Positions 25,003 through 32,000 of a DNA stretch of 32,000 nucleotides are shown here, in pieces; position 1 is the stretch's first letter; each line of letters opens with the position of its first letter. Source of the stretch: Mucisphaera calidilacus (GTDB taxonomy: Bacteria > Planctomycetota > Phycisphaerae > Phycisphaerales > Phycisphaeraceae). Location: assembly GCF_007748075.1 (NCBI RefSeq), contig NZ_CP036280.1:2730001-2762000 (forward strand), given 5' to 3'. The notes under the pieces are model-generated. The model did no database searches. It was not told the DNA's origin and saw only the letters and a program-made list of their open reading frames with translations. Both the position numbers and the translations under genes were made by a program.

Positions 25003-26517
25003 ATGAGCCGGATCAACACCAACGTAAATTCGCTTTTGGCGCAGCGTGTCGTCGGACAGAACAACGGACTTTTGAATGGTTCGCTTGAGCGTTTGAGCAC
25101 GGGTCTTCGGATCAACCGTGGCTCGGACGATCCTGCGGGCCTGATCGCGAGTGAGAACCTTCGTTCCGAGAAAGCGGCCATCTCGGCTGCGATCGGCAAT
25201 GCCGAGCGTGCCGACCAGGTCGTGAATATCGCTGAGGGCGGTCTGCAGGAGATCAACACGCTCCTGCTGGAGGTTCAGAGCCTGGTCGGGTCTTCGGCCA
25301 ACGACGCGGGTCTGAGCACCGAGGAGCGTGAGGCGAACCAGCTTCAGGTGGACTCGATTCTCCAGACGATCGACCGGATTGCCTCGGCGACGAGCTTCCA
25401 GGGCACGAAGCTGCTCAACGGCACGTTCGACTTCACGGTCTCGGCGCAGGCCACGGAGGTTCTGGACTTCCAGGTGAACGCGGCGAAGCTGGCGTTCCAG
25501 GAGCAGCGTGACGTCCAGATTCTGGTGACCAACTCGGCCCAGCGTGCGGGCATGTTCCTGTCGCTTGGCGGCACCGAGCTGGCGTTGTCGACGCAGGACT
25601 CGCAGTTCAAGTTTGAGGTTGCGGGTGCGTTGGGTTCGCGTGAGTTCACGTTTGCCCAGAGTGCTGCGACCTCGAGTATTGCCGACCAGGTCAACACGTT
25701 TACCGAGGTGACGGGCGTTTCGGCTGTCGCATCGGGCACGGGTATTGTCTTCAAGAGTGTAGAGTTCGGCTCGGCGGAGTTCGTCTCGATCCAGATCGAG
25801 GAAGACGCTGCCCAGGCCGGTTCGCTGAATCAGCTCGTGTCGAACAACACGCTGGCTGCGGCGACGGGTGCTGCGGCGGTCTCGACGACGCTTGGGGCGG
25901 CTGAGGGCAGCAACCCGGTCCGTGACGATGGCGTGGATGTTGGCGCGATCATCAACGGTGTTCAGGCGACCTCGGTGGGTCGTGTGGCTCGGATCAACAC
26001 GGACTTCCTGGATGTTGAGATCGAGCTGAGCATCGGCGGCACGCAGAACCTGGGTCCGATCGACGCGTTCACCATCACCGGTGGTGGTGCGAAGTTCAAC
26101 CTGGGCCCGAACGTTGACATCCTGAACCAGGTGAGTGTCGGCATCCAGAACGTGGCGGCCCGCAACCTCGGTTCGCTGACCACGGGCTTCCTGGACGAGC
26201 TTGGCTCGTCGCGGTCGGCCAACCTGGTGGACGGCAACCTTGAGCAGGCTCAGAAGATCACGAACAACTCGATCGGCCAGATTTCGAGTCTGCGAGGGCG
26301 TCTAGGTGCGTTCCAGAAGAACATCGTGGGCGCGACGATCCGTTCGCTGGGTGTTGCCCTTGAGAACACCAGTGCGGCCGAGAGTGCGATCCGCGACACG
26401 GACTTTGCTGAGGAGACGGCGGAATTGACGCGGTCTCAGATCCTGGTCCAGGCGTCGCAGCAGGCTCTTGGTATCGCGAATAGTCAGCCTCAGTCGGTCT
26501 TGTCGCTGCTGGGATAA
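25003..26517 (+). CDS. fliC: Flagellin paralogue (504 aa)
   Basis: MSRINTNVNSLLAQRVVGQNNGLLNGSLERLSTGLRINRGSDDPAGLIASENLRSE ... IRDTDFAEETAELTRSQILVQASQQALGIANSQPQSVLSLLG. It shares conserved blocks with the upstream paralogue, for example IDAFTITGGGAKFNLGPNVDI. Confidence 0.95.
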   Translation: MSRINTNVNSLLAQRVVGQNNGLLNGSLERLSTGLRINRGSDDPAGLIASENLRSEKAAISAAIGNAERADQVVNIAEGGLQEINTLLLEVQSLVGSSANDAGLSTEEREANQLQVDSILQTIDRIASATSFQGTKLLNGTFDFTVSAQATEVLDFQVNAAKLAFQEQRDVQILVTNSAQRAGMFLSLGGTELALSTQDSQFKFEVAGALGSREFTFAQSAATSSIADQVNTFTEVTGVSAVASGTGIVFKSVEFGSAEFVSIQIEEDAAQAGSLNQLVSNNTLAAATGAAAVSTTLGAAEGSNPVRDDGVDVGAIINGVQATSVGRVARINTDFLDVEIELSIGGTQNLGPIDAFTITGGGAKFNLGPNVDILNQVSVGIQNVAARNLGSLTTGFLDELGSSRSANLVDGNLEQAQKITNNSIGQISSLRGRLGAFQKNIVGATIRSLGVALENTSAAESAIRDTDFAEETAELTRSQILVQASQQALGIANSQPQSVLSLLG

Positions 26518-26587
26518 GCGGCTGACCGGCCCTGACCGGTTCTCCGATCGTCGGTTATCCCTCCCACAGGGAACCGATCACTGATGC

Positions 26588-26624
26588 GGGGCGGCGGCTT
26601 ACACAAGCCGCCGCTCTTTTTTTT
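26588..26624 (+). terminator. Intrinsic terminator of flagellin gene 2
   Basis: GCGGCGGCTT-ACAC-AAGCCGCCGC is a perfect 10 bp stem (26591-26614), followed by TC and a T8 run (26617-24). Confidence 0.85.
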
Positions 26625-26707
26625 GGGGTGATCGCGGGATTTACAGCGGGGGCGACTTGGGAGACGATGGTGTGGAGGGAGAGTCTTTTTTTGTGCCGGA
26701 AGCTGCC

Positions 26708-27478
26708 ATGCCTTCAGACGGATCGGGACAGCGTGACGGGGGTTTTCTGACGCGTCGCGGTGTTCTGGCTGCAGTGACGGCGTCGTTGCTGGCGGGTTGT
26801 GCGGGAGACCGGTACCGGCTGGGCGGCAGTGGGAGCGGTGAGTTTTACATCCCGGGTGAGGGTCGGGCTTCGGGTTCTGCGGGCGAGGCACGGCGTGACT
26901 GGCAGCCTGCCCCGGTGCCGAGTGAGCCGCGCGAGGTTCGAGTCGAGCGACCCGCGGGTGATTTTCGGGGCGTGATGCCGCGATCGACGTGGACGAAGCA
27001 GCGGCCGATTCCGAACAAGGTTCAGTCGATGTCGGGTGTTCAGCGTGTGACGGTGCACCACGAGGGCTGGACGCCTGTGTATTTCACGGACATGCGTGAG
27101 ACCATGGATCGTCTGGCGTTGATCCGTAAGGTGCACGTGAAGGATCGCGGGTGGGGTGACATCGGGTATCACTTCGTGGTGGACCGTGGCGGCCGTGTGT
27201 GGGAGGCTCGTCCGCTGGCGTATCAGGGGGCGCACGCGGGCCCGAACGGGGCGAATCGGCACAACGTGGGTGTGATGCTGCTGGGGAATTTCGACAAGCA
27301 GCGTCCTTCGGACGAGCAGTTTGCGGCGTTGGTTCATCTGCTGCGGTGGTTGCGTGGCCGGTATCGGGTGGCGACGCGGTCGATTTACACGCATCAGGAG
27401 CTGAATCCGACGGCGTGTCCGGGCCGGGTTCTTCAGGCTCAGATGGTGGCGTTGCGCAAGCACGCCGAACTGCTCTAA
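26708..27478 (+). CDS. N-acetylmuramoyl-L-alanine amidase (Amidase_2/PGRP fold) with a Tat-type lipoprotein signal
   Basis: LTRRGVLAAVTASLLAGCAG gives a twin-arginine motif plus lipobox. Catalytic-domain motifs: RVTVHHEGW, GWGDIGYHFVVDRGGRVWEARP, GAHAG, NVGVMLLGNF, HQELNPTACPG. The track starts at TTG 26657; ATG 26708 is the more plausible start. Confidence 0.85.
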   Translation: MPSDGSGQRDGGFLTRRGVLAAVTASLLAGCAGDRYRLGGSGSGEFYIPGEGRASGSAGEARRDWQPAPVPSEPREVRVERPAGDFRGVMPRSTWTKQRPIPNKVQSMSGVQRVTVHHEGWTPVYFTDMRETMDRLALIRKVHVKDRGWGDIGYHFVVDRGGRVWEARPLAYQGAHAGPNGANRHNVGVMLLGNFDKQRPSDEQFAALVHLLRWLRGRYRVATRSIYTHQELNPTACPGRVLQAQMVALRKHAELL

Positions 27479-27487
27479 AATCGCGAT

Positions 27488-28150
27488 ATGACAACTTCAT
27501 CGAAGACGACGGACGCGGCGGCATCTCTGCTGTCGCGGGTTGAGGCGGTTCTGATCACGTCGGACCGTTCGTTGAGTACGTCTCGGCTGGTGGAGCTGGT
27601 GGGTGAGGAAGCGTCCTCGGGGGTGACCGAGGCGATCGAGCGTCTGAACGAGCAGTATGCGGCGACGGGTCGTGTGTTTCGGATCGAGCAGGTGGCGAGC
27701 GGCTGGCAGGTGCTGACGCTCCCCGAGCACGCGGAGGTGATCGCGAAGGCGCAGAAGACGAAGGCGCAGACGCGGCTGAGTGCGTCGGCGATGGAGACGC
27801 TTTCGGTGATTGCGTATCGGCAGCCTGTGATCCGCGCGGAGGTGGAGGCGATCCGTGGTGTGGGTTGCGGTGAGATGATTCGTCAGCTGATGGAGCGTCA
27901 GCTGGTGAAGGTGGTGGGGCGTGCGGAGGAGATCGGTCGTCCGATGCTTTACGGGACGACCAAGCGTTTCCTGGAGGTGTTCGGGCTGGTGAGTCTGAAG
28001 GACCTGCCACAGCGTGAGACGTTGGTGCCGAAAGAGCGGAAGGCCAGTAAGCCTGCTGCTTCTGCGGAGGCGGAGGCGTCTGAGGACGCGGCATCGGGGG
28101 TGGAGGCGTCGGGCGAGGTGGCGTCGGAGCGGGGTGAGGTGGAGGCGTGA
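27488..28150 (+). CDS. scpB: Segregation and condensation protein B
   Basis: VEAVLITSDRSLSTSRLVELV, LSASAMETLSVIAYRQPVIRAEVEAIRGVGCGEMIRQLMERQLVKVVGRAEEIGRPMLYGTTKRFLEVFGLVSLKDLP, and an acidic C-terminal tail. Confidence 0.9.
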   Translation: MTTSSKTTDAAASLLSRVEAVLITSDRSLSTSRLVELVGEEASSGVTEAIERLNEQYAATGRVFRIEQVASGWQVLTLPEHAEVIAKAQKTKAQTRLSASAMETLSVIAYRQPVIRAEVEAIRGVGCGEMIRQLMERQLVKVVGRAEEIGRPMLYGTTKRFLEVFGLVSLKDLPQRETLVPKERKASKPAASAEAEASEDAASGVEASGEVASERGEVEA

Positions 28151-28620
28151 TGCGTGTTGCCGTCGTGCTGATGGGGTTGATGATCGGAGCCTGCGTGCTG
28201 ACGGGTTGTGCGCGTCATCAGCTGCGAGGCGTGGTGGTGGCGGGATCGTCGACGGGGTACGAGGTGGTTTCGGTGGATGCGTTGCCGGCGCAGGGGCTGG
28301 CGAACGCGCGTGTGGAGGTGGTGCTGCACCCTTCTTCGCTGGACCGCAGGGTGCTGCCGGCGGCGGAGACGACGCACAACGGTCGTTTTGCGTTCGAGCC
28401 GCACTGGTTTGATGACGATCCGGTGTATCTGGACATTGACGCCGAGATTCACGTGAGTGCTCCCGGGATGGCATCGTTGACGGAGCGGATCACGATTCCG
28501 CGTGGCGGGGATGAGTTGCTGATTCGTCTGGCGGACCCGAATCTGCCGGGGAGTCGTGTTGGGGAGGATGACTTGTATCGGGAGGCGCTGCGTCACCGGG
28601 AGGCGTTTGAGCGTCGTTGA
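28147..28620 (+). CDS. Small lipoprotein of unknown function (possibly a carboxypeptidase-regulatory-like beta fold)
   Basis: MMRVAVVLMGLMIGACVLTGC gives a signal peptide plus lipobox LTGC. The start (GTG 28147 or ATG 28150) overlaps the scpB stop. There is no recognisable catalytic motif. Confidence 0.55.
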   Translation: MMRVAVVLMGLMIGACVLTGCARHQLRGVVVAGSSTGYEVVSVDALPAQGLANARVEVVLHPSSLDRRVLPAAETTHNGRFAFEPHWFDDDPVYLDIDAEIHVSAPGMASLTERITIPRGGDELLIRLADPNLPGSRVGEDDLYREALRHREAFERR

Positions 28621-28628
28621 TAGGGCGC

Positions 28629-29762
28629 ATGATGCCACAGGTCTCGTATCGCTGGTCGCTGACGCCCGCGGGCTGGAGTTACATCGCCGCGACGGTGATG
28701 GTGACGACGTCGACGATGCTGAGTCAGGCGAACCTGCTGTTTTTTCTGACGGGTTTGTTGTGGGGTGCCCTGTTGATCGACGCGGCGTGGTCGGCGTTGG
28801 GTCTGTGGGGTCTGACGGTTCGTCGTTGGGAGCCTTCGCGTGCGATTCAGGGTGAGCACACGCCGATCCGGTATGTGATCACGCGAGGGGGTTTGCTGCC
28901 GATGGGCGTGGTTGTGGTTCGTGAGGGCGGGGTGTCGATGCCGCAGGAGGCGGGGTGCGTGATGTTCCTGGGGCGTCGGGCGCGGGCGACGACGGAGGGT
29001 GTTCTGGACCCTGATAGGCGGGGCTTGTTGCGTCTGGCGACGATCTGTGTGCGTTCGAGTTTTCCGTTCGGGCTGACGCGTGCGGAGCGGCGTTTTGCGC
29101 GTGTGGGCGAGATCCTGGTTTATCCGCGGGTGTACCGGGTGGACAAGCCGCTTCGTGCGACGTCGGGGTTGTGGCGTGAGGGCGGGAAGGCGGAGTTGCG
29201 CGGCGTGGGGAGCGGCGGCGATTTTGCGGGGTTGCGGGAGTATCGGCCCGGGGACGCTGTGCGGACGATTGACTGGAAGCGGACGGCGAAGACGGGCAAG
29301 CTGATGGTGCGTGAGCACACGCGTCCGGTTCCGCCTCGGGTGATGCTGGCTTTGGACGTGGTGTCGGGTTCGCCGAATGAGGAGGAATGCGAGCGTGCGA
29401 TCATGCTGGCGGCGTCGATGGTGTGTGCCGCGTATGACCACGGGATGCCTATGGGTCTGGTGCTGGTGGGTGCGGAGGGCCGTGTGCACCGGCCGCACCT
29501 GAGTGTTCCGCACCGCGATCAGATTCTGGACACGCTGGCGCGGATGGAGCCGGGTGTGGGTGGTGAGGCTCGTCGGGCGCAGCAGCTGCGTCCGTCGATC
29601 TGGCTGCTGGCTTCGGCTCAGGGTGTGGCTCCGCACGTGCCGGACCTGCTGGCGTTGTATGGGGCGGATGCGTCGCGTCTGCTGGACATGAGTGTGAGCG
29701 CGATGCCTCTGGATCCTCGTGAGGCGAGCGTGATACGGGAGTTGCACGGCGATGCGGCATGA
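28629..29762 (+). CDS. DUF58 domain protein (vWA-like, two N-terminal TM helices)
   Basis: Hallmark DUF58 motif GGDFAGLREYRPGDAVRTIDWKRTAKTGKLMVREH. N-terminal TM pair WSYIAATVMVTTSTML / LLFFLTGLLWGALLIDA. The first ATG is at 28629; the track starts at TTG 28617, overlapping the previous stop. Confidence 0.9.
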   Translation: MMPQVSYRWSLTPAGWSYIAATVMVTTSTMLSQANLLFFLTGLLWGALLIDAAWSALGLWGLTVRRWEPSRAIQGEHTPIRYVITRGGLLPMGVVVVREGGVSMPQEAGCVMFLGRRARATTEGVLDPDRRGLLRLATICVRSSFPFGLTRAERRFARVGEILVYPRVYRVDKPLRATSGLWREGGKAELRGVGSGGDFAGLREYRPGDAVRTIDWKRTAKTGKLMVREHTRPVPPRVMLALDVVSGSPNEEECERAIMLAASMVCAAYDHGMPMGLVLVGAEGRVHRPHLSVPHRDQILDTLARMEPGVGGEARRAQQLRPSIWLLASAQGVAPHVPDLLALYGADASRLLDMSVSAMPLDPREASVIRELHGDAA

Positions 29763-32000
29763 TGGTCGGCGGCTGCTGTTTATCCAGGTGATGCTGGGCG
29801 TGCTGACGCTCTGCATCGCGTTGGGCGATCCGCTGCTGCTGGCCGGGGCGTTGCTGGTGGGGTCGTTTGGCTGGTGGTGGTTTGAGCACGTGGTGCACCG
29901 TCGGCTGCCGGGGTGGATCGTGACGGCGGGCGGCCTGGCGGCGTTGGGGATGCTGTTGTTTGAGCACCTGGTGTTGAAGCAGCGGATGGTAATGGCGATG
30001 GCGCACTTCACGCTGGTGCTTCAGGGGTTGCTGGTGTTCGGGCACAAGCGGCTGCGGGACACGATCGCGTTGATGACGATCAGCCTGATCCAGGTGATCA
30101 TCGCGAGTGTGGTGAGTGTGTCGATGGTGTTCGGGGTGTTGATGCTGTCGTACTGTTTTCTGCTGACCTGGACGCTGAGTCGTCTTCAGGTGGAGTTGGC
30201 GTTGGAGCGTCGTCATACGGGTCATGCGTCGCGAGAGGACCTGCCGAGGCTGTCGATGCCGGTGGGTCTTCGGTTGTGGACGGCGGGGGTGGTAGCGGGT
30301 TGTCTGGTGGTGGGGCTCATGTTTTTTCTGCTGATCCCGCGTTCGGAGCGTGGCCCGCTGGCGAGTCGGATCCATGCGTCGCTGATGGAGTCGGCAAGCG
30401 GCTACAGCGAGCGTGTGGACGTGACGACGTCGCCTGAGTTCCAGGGCAGCGACGAGGCGGTGCTCCGGCTTCGGGTGACGGCGCACGGGGAGTTGTTCCG
30501 GGGTGCGGGTCAGGTGTACCTGATGCGTGGGATGGTGTTTGATCAGTACGACGCGGCGTCGCATCAGTGGTTGCGTGGTGTGGATGCGCAGGCGCGTTAC
30601 CAGCACGTGGCGTTGAAGATGGGCCAGGCGCAGCTGGCGCGCGTGACCGAGACGGGTGGGATGCTGGAGGGTCAGGTCACGCTGCGTCGTCGCACGCAGG
30701 AGGGGTTGTTCACGGTGCTGCCGACGGTCTCGATCTCGAGTCCGAACGTGGCGAAGATCGAGTTCAATCCGCTGGACCAGGTGGTTCGGACGCCTCAGAG
30801 CGGGACGCCCGGGGGCGCGTTGACGTACCGGATTCAGTGGCCTTTTTACGGTCGTCTGGACGTGCCGGGTGCATATTTTGATCATCTGGATGCCGGTCCG
30901 GGGACGAATCGGCTGATGCGTTTTTCGGAGCGTCAGGCGGACCGTTATGCGCGTGGCTGGCCGGTGGACGAGGATCAGATCCGTGCGTTGGCGTTATCGA
31001 TTCTGGAGCGTCGCGGGTTGACGCGTGATCCGGATCTGCTGCATCACGAGGATGACTGGCAGATCGCCAACGCGTTGGCTTCGGAACTGCGTGACAGGTT
31101 TCGCTACATGCGTTTCAACCCTCGGCCGAAGTCGGGCGTGGACCCGGTGACGCTGTTTCTGACGGGCCACAACACGGGTCATTGCGAATTGTTTGCTTCG
31201 GGGCTGGCGGGGCTGTGTCGTTCGGTGGGGATCCCGGCGCGTCTGGTGGTGGGTTATCGGGTGAGTGAGTACAACGACAGTGGCGCGTACTACGTGGCCC
31301 GCGAGAAGCATGCGCACGCTTGGGTGGAGGTGGCGACCGAGCCGATGTCGGGGTGGCGTCCGCTGGACGGGACGCCGGTGGCGGAGATCGAGGCGTTGCA
31401 CGCGATGGAGAACACGTGGTCGCACCGTCTGCGGTCGTACTATGAGTATCTGGAGTTCACGTGGATCGGCAGCATCGTGGTGTATGACGAGCGTGCGCGT
31501 GACCTGCTGGTGACGTGGGCCCGGAACGTTCCGCTGGCGGCGGCGGACCTGGCTTCGGCGTTTCGCGGGTTGTACGAGCGTCTGTCGACGTGGTTCGCGA
31601 TGATGACGGGTTCGTCACTGACGCTCTGGGCGGGTATCGGTGTGGGGTTGTTCGGCGTGGCGGTGGGTTATCTGGCGCTGGGTCTGCGGCGAGATCAGGC
31701 TTCACTTGAGCGCCTGGGTCTGGACGAGGGGAGTTGGGCGGAGAACCGTGCGCGGATACGCCAGCTGCGTTTTTATCTGCGGATGATCGCGATGCTGGAG
31801 GCGCACGGCTACCGGCGTCCTTCGTGGCAGACGCCTGGGGCGTTCGCGGAGGAGCTGTCGGAGGCGAACCCGCTTCGGTTCGGCCCGGTGATCGCGTTGA
31901 CGGACCTGTTCTACGCGGTGCGTTTTGGGGGGGCGGGTCTGTCGGAGGCGGATGCCTTGCGTGCGGAGGCCCACCTGTCGGCGCTGGCCCAGGGTCTGGC
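29752..32000 (+). CDS. TgpA-like transglutaminase-domain membrane protein (DUF3488 N-terminal TM region plus transglutaminase core); the 3' end lies outside the window
   Basis: Not in the ORF track because it has no stop in the window. I translated frame 1 from ATG 29752 by hand: MRHDGRRLLFIQVMLGVLTLCIALG..., with multiple TM segments. The transglutaminase core follows as GHCELFASGLAGLCRSVGIPARLVVGY...HAHAWVEV...WRPLDGTP (Cys-His-Asp triad context). It overlaps the DUF58 stop by 11 nt. Confidence 0.85.
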   Translation, partial: MRHDGRRLLFIQVMLGVLTLCIALGDPLLLAGALLVGSFGWWWFEHVVHRRLPGWIVTAGGLAALGMLLFEHLVLKQRMVMAMAHFTLVLQGLLVFGHKRLRDTIALMTISLIQVIIASVVSVSMVFGVLMLSYCFLLTWTLSRLQVELALERRHTGHASREDLPRLSMPVGLRLWTAGVVAGCLVVGLMFFLLIPRSERGPLASRIHASLMESASGYSERVDVTTSPEFQGSDEAVLRLRVTAHGELFRGAGQVYLMRGMVFDQYDAASHQWLRGVDAQARYQHVALKMGQAQLARVTETGGMLEGQVTLRRRTQEGLFTVLPTVSISSPNVAKIEFNPLDQVVRTPQSGTPGGALTYRIQWPFYGRLDVPGAYFDHLDAGPGTNRLMRFSERQADRYARGWPVDEDQIRALALSILERRGLTRDPDLLHHEDDWQIANALASELRDRFRYMRFNPRPKSGVDPVTLFLTGHNTGHCELFASGLAGLCRSVGIPARLVVGYRVSEYNDSGAYYVAREKHAHAWVEVATEPMSGWRPLDGTPVAEIEALHAMENTWSHRLRSYYEYLEFTWIGSIVVYDERARDLLVTWARNVPLAAADLASAFRGLYERLSTWFAMMTGSSLTLWAGIGVGLFGVAVGYLALGLRRDQASLERLGLDEGSWAENRARIRQLRFYLRMIAMLEAHGYRRPSWQTPGAFAEELSEANPLRFGPVIALTDLFYAVRFGGAGLSEADALRAEAHLSALAQGL

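Noticed and set aside
28593-30885. Two long minus-strand ORFs (472 aa and 478 aa) opposite DUF58 and the transglutaminase gene
   Set aside because: They are low-complexity shadow ORFs. The + strand frames carry the DUF58 and transglutaminase core motifs.
1-32000. Scan for CRISPR arrays, IS elements, integrases, phage genes, toxin-antitoxin pairs and known defence genes
   Set aside because: I saw no regularly spaced direct repeats, no terminal inverted repeats flanking an ORF, and no transposase, recombinase or reverse-transcriptase motifs in any supported frame. The only repeats are the flagellin paralogues and the octamer cluster.

Overview
High-GC bacterial chromosomal window that looks like ordinary core genome, not an accessory island. 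I support 24 protein-coding genes, two of them truncated by the window edges. In order: the lolE-like permease tail, lolD-like ABC ATPase, an HGSNAT/DUF5009-like membrane protein, gnd, a lamin-tail-domain protein translationally coupled to a secreted S1/P1-type nuclease, a cytoplasmic sulfatase, a secreted metallophosphoesterase, ppa, an unusually long smc, a FlgI-like lipoprotein, hpt, a bPH_2 membrane protein, dprA, hisD, a small hypothetical, a DUF2064-receiver fusion, two tandem flagellin genes, a Tat-lipoprotein Amidase_2, scpB, a small lipoprotein, DUF58 and a TgpA-like transglutaminase. The gene content (sulfatase, LTD, DUF58/TgpA, Tat-lipoproteins, flagellins) fits a Planctomycetota/PVC-type flagellated organism, but I cannot verify that without a search. 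I saw no rRNA, tRNA, CRISPR array, transposase, integrase, reverse transcriptase or recognisable defence or toxin-antitoxin module, and I cannot point to a clear novel multi-gene system. The observations most worth follow-up are: (1) both flagellin genes sit behind ~470-550 bp non-coding regions that fold into chains of short hairpins with ANGGAN-type loops (AAGGAU, AGGAU, AGGAA) and GGA-containing Shine-Dalgarno sites, which is the signature of CsrA/Rsm-type control at an unusual density; (2) a cluster of CTGTGCGG octamers at the distal end of the first flagellin upstream region, with single relatives of the octamer (TTGTGCGG, CCTGCGGG) at the matching position upstream of the second; (3) a DUF2064 (GT-A-like) enzyme fused to a C-terminal receiver domain just upstream of the flagellins; (4) a lipoprotein with FlgI-like N- and C-terminal regions split by HEAT-like repeats; (5) a very strong strand asymmetry in which synonymous codon choice flips with gene orientation (G-ending on +, C-ending on -), against which the sulfatase gene is a compositional outlier. 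Most long ORFs in the six-frame track are stop-free alternative-frame or antisense artefacts of this composition.
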